Assembly: GCA_963730185.1 (NCBI GenBank)
Contig: CAVSQW010000012.1
Coordinates: 320,001-384,000, forward strand
Direction: 5' to 3'
Length of the DNA stretch: 64,000 nucleotides
Source: an uncultured Gemmatimonadales bacterium
GTDB lineage: Bacteria > Gemmatimonadota > Gemmatimonadetes > Gemmatimonadales > GWC2-71-9
Positions within the stretch are counted from its first letter, which is position 1; each line of letters starts with the position of its first letter. Positions 57,801-64,000 of this stretch are shown in pieces. Under the pieces are notes generated by a model. It was not told where the DNA came from and ran no database searches. It saw only the letters and a list, made by a program, of their open reading frames with translations. A program made the position numbers and the translations under genes.

Positions 57801-58027
57801 GCCGCGACGTAGAAGATCCGCGGATCTCGGTCCAGGACCGCGAAATCGTCGATCCGGCCGCTCATGATCGACGGGCCGACGTCGCGGAAATGGAGCCGGT
57901 CGAAGGGCCCACCCTTCCACTCGGCGGTGTCGGCCGGCGGAGCCGGGCGGGAGGGCGCCTGAGCGGCGGCCATCACGGGAACGGTCAGTACGGCACCCAG
58001 GAGCACCGGGAGGGAAAGCGTGCGCAC
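54824..58027 (-). CDS. Secreted VPS10/BNR-repeat (sortilin-like) beta-propeller protein, 'glycosyl hydrolase'
   Basis: Signal peptide; GP..MSGRI; many S/T-x-D-G-G-x-T/S-W Asp-boxes; GGLQDN; RWNWDTP. Confidence 0.9.
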   Translation of the reverse strand: MRTLSLPVLLGAVLTVPVMAAAQAPSRPAPPADTAEWKGGPFDRLHFRDVGPSIMSGRIDDFAVLDRDPRIFYVAAATGGLWKTTNGGVTFASVFDSAGMASIGTVTIAQNDPNLVWVGTGENNNRQSSSWGDGVYKSTDGGLSWKNMGLRDSKQVARIVVDPIDHDVVYVAALGDLWRSGGDRGVYKTTDGGLTWARVLDGGPDAGGTELVMDPMNDKVLYAAVYQRRRTTWGMNGGGAASGIYKTADAGRTWTRLEKGLPKGAMGRIGLDIWRKNPSVIYARVEHEKEGGYYRSDDAGMSWRKMGSSNSRPMYFGVVRVDPENDLRVYQPQTPLGISDDGGKTFRFDGAEKIHVDLHAMWIDPNNPDHMMIGGDGGVGITWDKAKKWMWLPNLPVGQFYHVGFDLQEPYNLCGGLQDNDAWCGPSQVRSADGIGNDAWFVVNGGDGFVGLIDPTNHRIIYAESQEGFMNRIDRVTNERQSIRPEPADGEAPYRWNWDTPMMLSPHDPSTIYVGANQLFKSTDRGMSWAAISPDLTTGVDRDTLQIMGVQGKDIKIAKNDGVSTYATLFTIAESKLKAGLYYTGSDDGQLNVSRDGGATWANVTAKIAGVPKWAYVSKVEPSKFAEGTVYATFDGHRMGDYGTYVYQSPDYGTTWTSLATNLPKGEVARTITEDLKNPDVLYLGTETGVYVTTNRGASWGRLRANLPTVPVYEITLHPRDNAMILATHGRGLWILDDLAPIQQYAAAGAATGAFLFDVPAAVYRSPAQDRERVFEGDMQWLGENPPVGSVIAYSLKSKADSLRLVVRDASGAEVRTIKGKAVADKLSPGVHTVVWNLQSNPIEPARKGSGGGGGGLAALFGGGGGEPGTPGPVVLPGTYQVALVVNGTQVAVKPVNVRGDPDIQITEADRQSRQRILEELQRLQAATADAGDAVRQANTQLRDVKKELADSTKVPGPIRAGLDSLVTRLDSLRQRFGVRNPDEPFEFDFAIFRQVLPFKVGMVAGNIGGAMAPPTRMDLQSVDQVRREVPRAVDDVNGFLADLKAFYRRLADAGLYPPVPDPVKRP

Positions 58028-58220
58028 GGAGGCCTCCGGCGAGTTCGGTCGTTCGGGGAAGTTGCCTGCGGCCCAAGGTTATCCCTGCCGGCGGCAACGG
58101 ACAACTCGGACGGGATCAACTGGCCTGCCGGCGCGCCCCCCGCCCCAACGAGTTTGCGAAGCCCCGCCGGCCCCCGGTACGATTCACGAGACTCTCGTCC
58201 CCCACCGGAGCGCCTCGTCC

Positions 58221-59693
58221 ATGCCCCAGGTCCGGTCCATGGGGCCGGCGTTCCCGGCCCTGGCGATGCTCCTCGCGATCGTGGCCTGCGGTGAACGGAA
58301 CCGGGTCATCGCGCCACCACCGGACCGCTTCGCCGAAGCCGCCTTGCCCCCTCCGCCGGCCCTGGCGCCGTCCGTGGTCGACGCCCCGATCCGGCTCGAT
58401 CTCGACACCGCGCTCGCGATCCTCGACTCACTCCTTCCCACCCGCTTCGGCAGCCTGAACCGACGGATCCGGATCGCGGCCAACTCCCGGGAGAGCTTCG
58501 CGTTCTCGGTACGGCGGGAGCGGTTCCGGGCCACCTTCCGCTCGGACGCGGTCCTCCTCTCGACGGTCCTTCACTACGCCGGCCGGGGATGGTACGACCC
58601 CCCGCTGGCCCCGGAGATGACCGGGTCCTGCGGCACCGATCCGCCGATGCCGCGAGCCCGGATCGCGGTGAGGCTCCGCCCCGAGATCACCCCCGATTGG
58701 GCCCTTCGCCTCCATCCCCAGCTGGCCGGTCTCGCTCCGGTGAGCCGCGCGGCGCGAGACCGATGCGAGGTGACCTTCCTGCACCTCGACGTAACCCGTC
58801 ACGTGCTGGCTGCGGCGCGCGACGCCCTCGTCGATCAGCTCGCGGCGCTCGACCGCCGGGTGGCCGGGCTCGACGTCCGGGGCGTCTTCGCCGACGTCTG
58901 GCGGGAGATGCAGCACCCGATCCGCCTCACCGACAGCGTGTGGCTGGTGCTCGATCCGGCCGGTGTCCGAGCCGGCCGGCTCCGGGGGTCAACCCACGAC
59001 GTCGGTACCACGGTGGGAATCGTGGCTCGTCCCCGGATCGAGACCGGCCCCCGACCCACGCCCGGCACGACGCCCCTGCCGGCGCTCGAGCCGGTCGGGC
59101 CGACCCAAGGCCTCAGCCTGCTGGTCCACGGGCGGTTCGACTATTCCGTCGCCAGCCGGCTCCTCGACCGGGAGCTGGCCGGAACGACGGTCGACGTCCC
59201 GGGCGGCTCCGTGATCGTCGAGCAGGTTCGTCTCTTCGGCATCGGCGGCGGCCGGATCGCCCTCGGCCTCGAGTTCCGGGGTAGCGCGCAGGGCAGGATC
59301 TACTTCGTCGGCAGGCCGGCCTACGATCGGGCAACCGACCGGATCACGATGCCCGATCTGGAGATCGACGCCTCGAGCTCGGGGCTGCTCATCCGAGGAC
59401 TGGCCTGGCTCCGAGCCGACGAGCTCCGCGACGAGCTCCGCGCCAAAGCGACGTTCAGCGCCGACGAGGTGTTGAGCGGCCTGACCCGGCTGGCCATGGA
59501 CGGCATGAACCGCGAGCTCACCCGCGGGGTGCGGCTCCGAGCCGAGCTCACCGGCGCCGAGCTGCTCCGAATCGAGCCTCGCCTCGACGGTCTCTACCTC
59601 GAGGCGCGGGCCATGGGGAGCGCGGGTCTCGCGCTCTCCGCCAGCGCCTTCCAGGATCGATCGCCGAGCACCCCGAACCCACGCCACGACTGA
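58221..59693 (+). CDS. DUF4403-like lipoprotein
   Basis: IVAC lipobox-like motif; SCG..P, W..MQHPIRL..VWLVLDP and GRIYFVGRPAYD motifs. Confidence 0.75.
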   Translation: MPQVRSMGPAFPALAMLLAIVACGERNRVIAPPPDRFAEAALPPPPALAPSVVDAPIRLDLDTALAILDSLLPTRFGSLNRRIRIAANSRESFAFSVRRERFRATFRSDAVLLSTVLHYAGRGWYDPPLAPEMTGSCGTDPPMPRARIAVRLRPEITPDWALRLHPQLAGLAPVSRAARDRCEVTFLHLDVTRHVLAAARDALVDQLAALDRRVAGLDVRGVFADVWREMQHPIRLTDSVWLVLDPAGVRAGRLRGSTHDVGTTVGIVARPRIETGPRPTPGTTPLPALEPVGPTQGLSLLVHGRFDYSVASRLLDRELAGTTVDVPGGSVIVEQVRLFGIGGGRIALGLEFRGSAQGRIYFVGRPAYDRATDRITMPDLEIDASSSGLLIRGLAWLRADELRDELRAKATFSADEVLSGLTRLAMDGMNRELTRGVRLRAELTGAELLRIEPRLDGLYLEARAMGSAGLALSASAFQDRSPSTPNPRHD

Positions 59694-59824
59694 TCCCGAC
59701 CCGGCCTCGGGACACCGAGCTGATCCGGTCCTTGCCTCACCCAACTTGCGATCCCGCAGGAGAGCGGTATCGTACGTTCGCGGCCGTTCATCGAAATTTC
59801 ATCGATCCCGTTAGCGCCAGCATC

Positions 59825-60778
59825 GTGTCCTTCCGCCAAACGCACGTCTCGGGTCTCCCCGCCATTGCGCTCCGTTCCGCGGAGCTCGAGGTCGTCGTCG
59901 TGCCGGTCGCCGGCGGCAAAGTCACCAACCTGCGCCGGTTGACCGGCCGTGAGTGGCTCTGGCGGAGCCCGTCGATCCCGCTTCGTCCCTACCTGAGGGG
60001 AACGCCCTACCTCGACCGGGGCGATTCCGGCGGCTGGGACGAGTGCTTCCCGACCATCGCGCCCTGCACCGTGACGCTGCCCGGCGGCCGGACCGTGGCG
60101 CTCGACGACCACGGCGAGCTCTGGACGGCCCACGTGGCGTCCGCGGTCTACGAGGCCCAGGGTGAGCCGATCCTCGACTCCAGCGTGGCCGGGGCCGCGT
60201 TCCCCTTCCAGTTCAGCCGGCGCATCAGGCTCGAGCGGAACCAGCCCGTCGTCCACTTCGAGTACCAGGTCCGGAACGTCGGGGCCGACCCCTTTCCCTG
60301 GATCTGGGCGGCACATCCGCTGCTCACGATCCAACCGGGAACCCGGATCGAGCTGCCCACCGCCACCCGGCTCCGGGTGGGCCGGGCGTTCGGCCGGACC
60401 GACCTCGCCCCGGACCAGGAGCTGACCTGGCCCGACGACCTCCTGCCGGGCGGGGTGCTCGACGGTCGTCGGGGCTGGGCGGTCAAGGCGTTCGGCGACC
60501 TCGGCCCGTCGGGCCGGATGATCGTGGTCGATCCCCATCGCGGGGAACGCCTCGAGATCGAAGTCGACCCCTCGCTGGTGCCCCAGGTCGGAGTCTGGCT
60601 CAACCTCGAAGGCTGGGCCCTTCCCGGGACCCATCCGCACTTCGTCGCCGCGCTCGAGCCCTGCATCGGCGCGCCCGGCAGCCTGGCCCGCGCCATCGAC
60701 GACTGGAAGACCGCCCAGACCCTGAACCCCGGTGAGGTTCGGACCTGGGCGGTGCGGGTTCGGCTGCCCGAACCGTAG
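59825..60778 (+). CDS. Galactose mutarotase/aldose-1-epimerase-like protein
   Basis: GGKV..L..GREWLW, GGWDECFPT, DHGELW, WAAHPLL and ALEP motifs. Confidence 0.82.
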   Translation: MSFRQTHVSGLPAIALRSAELEVVVVPVAGGKVTNLRRLTGREWLWRSPSIPLRPYLRGTPYLDRGDSGGWDECFPTIAPCTVTLPGGRTVALDDHGELWTAHVASAVYEAQGEPILDSSVAGAAFPFQFSRRIRLERNQPVVHFEYQVRNVGADPFPWIWAAHPLLTIQPGTRIELPTATRLRVGRAFGRTDLAPDQELTWPDDLLPGGVLDGRRGWAVKAFGDLGPSGRMIVVDPHRGERLEIEVDPSLVPQVGVWLNLEGWALPGTHPHFVAALEPCIGAPGSLARAIDDWKTAQTLNPGEVRTWAVRVRLPEP

Positions 60779-60782
60779 GACG

Positions 60783-62210
60783 CTAGACCCGCTTGGTCGT
60801 CCAGCCTCCTCTCCGAAACACGATCGCGCTGACCACGGCGATGGCGGAGAAGGCCAGGGTGATCGCGACGAATACGCCCCGGGGGCCGAGCCCCAAGGGA
60901 ATCGCGAGCGTGTAGGCCAGCGGGATCTCGAACAGCCAGAAGCAGCAGACGTTGATCGCCGTCGGCGTGGCCGTGTCGCCCGCGCCGTTGAACGCGTTCG
61001 AGAGCACCATCCCGAAGGCGTAGAACGGGAACCCCAGGCTCACGATCCGGAGGGCCTCGGTCGCGAACCGGGCGACCTTCACCTCGGTGGTGAATACCCC
61101 GGCGATCGCCGGCGCCAGGGCGACGAACAACACCGCCACGCTGCCCAGGAACACCAGGTTGTAGCGACCCGCCAGCCAGACCGACGCCGCGGCCCGCTCG
61201 GGTTTGCCCGCCCCGAGCGACTGCCCCACCATCGTGGCGGCCGCGTTGCTCATTCCCCACGACGGGAGCAGGGCGAACAGGAGCACCCGGATGGCGACCG
61301 TGTAGCCGGCCAGCGCGTCGGCCCCGAACGTGGCCAAGACTCGAACCAGTCCGATCCAGCTGCTGGTGCTGATCAGGATCTGGACGATTCCGGTCGACGA
61401 GAGCCGGAAGAGCCGCCGCATGACCCCGAGGTCGACCACCAGGTGCTCCCGCTCGATCACGAAGCGACGATCGCGCCGGGCCAGCCGATGGAACTGGTAG
61501 GCCACCCCCAGCCCTCGACCGACCGTGGTCGCCACCGCGGCTCCCATCACGCCGAGGCGGGGAAACGGTCCCACGCCAAAGATCAGCAGGGGATCGAGGA
61601 CCAGATTGCCCAGATTCGCGATCCAGAGGCAGCGCATGGCGATGGCCGCGTCGCCGGAGCCCCGGAAGATCGCGTTGATCAGGAACAGCAGCAGGACCAC
61701 GAAGTTCCCGACGAACATCACTCGGGCAAAGCCGGCCCCGTTCGCCACGATCGACGGGCCGGCCCCCATCAGCCGGAGCAGATCGGGCGCGAAGATCCCG
61801 CCGCCCACGCTGATCGGCACCGCGACCAGGATGCCCAGCAGGATGGCTTGCACCGCCACCCGGGCGGCTTCGCCGGGTTGCTTCTCGCCGATCCGGCGGG
61901 CCACCATCGCGGTGGCGCCGATTCCGAGCCCCATGCCGAGGGCGTAGATGACGCTGAACATCGCCTCGGTCAGCCCGACCACAGCCACCGACTCGGCCCC
62001 CAGCCGGTTCACCCAGAACACGTTCACCACGGCGAACACCGACTCGAGCGCCACCTCGAGCACCATCGGGATGGCGAGCAGGAGCAGCGCCCGGCCGATC
62101 GGGCCGGTCGTGAAGTCGCGCCCCTCGGCGCCGCGCAGGGCGAGGCGGGCCGTGGGCCAGAACCCCTCGGGCTCGTCGCCGGGGGGAAGCGGAATCGGTT
62201 CCGCCGTCAT
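60783..62210 (-). CDS. MATE family efflux transporter
   Basis: LAIPMVLE, RGSGD, NLVLDPLLIFG.GPFP.LGV.GAAVAT motifs; about 12 TM segments. Confidence 0.95.
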   Translation of the reverse strand: MTAEPIPLPPGDEPEGFWPTARLALRGAEGRDFTTGPIGRALLLLAIPMVLEVALESVFAVVNVFWVNRLGAESVAVVGLTEAMFSVIYALGMGLGIGATAMVARRIGEKQPGEAARVAVQAILLGILVAVPISVGGGIFAPDLLRLMGAGPSIVANGAGFARVMFVGNFVVLLLFLINAIFRGSGDAAIAMRCLWIANLGNLVLDPLLIFGVGPFPRLGVMGAAVATTVGRGLGVAYQFHRLARRDRRFVIEREHLVVDLGVMRRLFRLSSTGIVQILISTSSWIGLVRVLATFGADALAGYTVAIRVLLFALLPSWGMSNAAATMVGQSLGAGKPERAAASVWLAGRYNLVFLGSVAVLFVALAPAIAGVFTTEVKVARFATEALRIVSLGFPFYAFGMVLSNAFNGAGDTATPTAINVCCFWLFEIPLAYTLAIPLGLGPRGVFVAITLAFSAIAVVSAIVFRRGGWTTKRV

Positions 62211-62638
62211 GGGAGTGCTGCTTTCCGTCCAGCAGTGGAACTGGATGAGGTGCCGGGCGGCCTGCTGGGACGGTGGAGCGCGCTCGGGGCACCTCGGGCC
62301 CGTTTCGAGTGGCGCGCTCCGGCGGGAAGACTAGGCCAGGTGCGCGCCGAGGATGGTGACCGGGGTGGCAAACATCGGCGGCTGACTCCGTCGGATGGTG
62401 GAGCTCCCCGCCAGGCGCGGGGGAGGATCGAGGAATATAGGGGTCGAAGGCCGGCGGGCCAGTGATCTAGCGCACAGGACGGCGGAGTCGGTATAGCACG
62501 ACCGGTCCGGCCGCCTTCGTCCGCCCACCCGCGGCCACGATCACCAGCGCGCCGGTCCACCAGATAGCAACGCGGCCCATTGGCACCTCCGGCTCCGGCG
62601 AGGGCATCCCCGCGGCCGGATCGTGCCACCGCCCGCCG

Positions 62639-63115
62639 TTAGAAGGTCACGTCGAACGTGCCCTCCGTCACCACCTTGTTCCCGCTGGCGCCCGTGCCGG
62701 TTGCCGGCACGGCGGTGAATTGGAAGGTTCCCTGGGCTCCGGTGCTGGTGAGCGAGGTGATGGTGACCGACCCGCTGCCACCGGTGATCGCGGCGGACCA
62801 GGCCTGCCCGCCGATCGACACCGAGGCGTTGCCTGGCCCGCCGACCCCGATGGCGTAGGTGCCCGGCCCGCTCGCGATCACGCCGACTCCGATCGTCCCC
62901 AGCTGGAGGTTGGCCCCGGCGAAAGCCAGGATGCCGTTGCCGTAGGACCCCGAGGCCGACGGGGCGGACCAGGCGGTCCCGTCGATCTTGGCCGTCATCG
63001 GAGCCGAGCCGTTGGCGGCAGGCCCGGTGGAGCTGCTTCCGCAAGCGGTGGCAAAGATGAGACCCGCGACCGCGAAGGCCCGAGACGCGATCGAACGGTG
63101 GAATATTGTGGTCAT
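62639..63115 (-). CDS. Small beta-rich lipoprotein (DUF6252-like)
   Basis: GGAG RBS; ATAC lipobox; MTAKIDGTAW..GTFQFTA..VTEGTFDVTF. Confidence 0.72.
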   Translation of the reverse strand: MTTIFHRSIASRAFAVAGLIFATACGSSSTGPAANGSAPMTAKIDGTAWSAPSASGSYGNGILAFAGANLQLGTIGVGVIASGPGTYAIGVGGPGNASVSIGGQAWSAAITGGSGSVTITSLTSTGAQGTFQFTAVPATGTGASGNKVVTEGTFDVTF

Positions 63116-63274
63116 GGTGATTCTCCGGTGTGAGGGGTGCCCCGGAGGGGCACGGTGGCACCGGATCACGTTGCGAAATTCGGGGGCGTCAACCGTCATC
63201 GGTGAGACTTGGACTCGGTCGGAAACGAGCTCGGGGGCCGAAGCCAGGAGCGAGTCGACCATCCCATGCAGGGC

Positions 63275-64000
<726 letters not shown>

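Noticed and set aside
62211..62638. Small ORFs between the MATE and lipoprotein genes
   Set aside because: Arg/Pro/Gly-rich translations with no motif or convincing RBS.

Overview
High-GC (roughly 70%), gene-dense bacterial chromosomal window. The gene repertoire (eukaryote-like Ser/Thr kinase, Ig-repeat lipoprotein, VPS10/BNR protein, many secreted peptidases) looks Gemmatimonadota-like; that is an inference. I found no rRNA, tRNA, CRISPR array or mobile element. Three loci stand out. (1) 44.8-54.8 kb: a possible complete cytoplasm-to-outside electron conduit. It has a 37-CxxCH cytochrome built on nine tandem 219-bp tri-heme repeats, a coupled outer-membrane beta-barrel, a 23-CxxCH cytochrome, a di-heme-b-type inner-membrane protein, and a membrane-anchored ferredoxin/FAD/NAD(P)H oxidoreductase with permuted motif order. 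(2) 9.7-23.1 kb: an orphan contractile-injection (T6SS/eCIS) spike locus. It has a PAAR protein with an extended tail, a divergent DUF4123 chaperone and a stand-alone copy of the PAAR tail domain, followed by two paralogous cassettes of [LysM+PG-binding protein, split OmpA-like protein, large unknown cargo], all lacking signal peptides. (3) 34.7-37.5 kb: a CutF/CruR-like metal-sensing leader ORF upstream of a porin / HxH membrane protein / FMN-binding-like operon, followed by a G-rich tandem repeat. Three genes carry single-base deletions, mostly in G/C runs, which probably reflect long-read errors. All family calls come from reading motifs, not from database searches.
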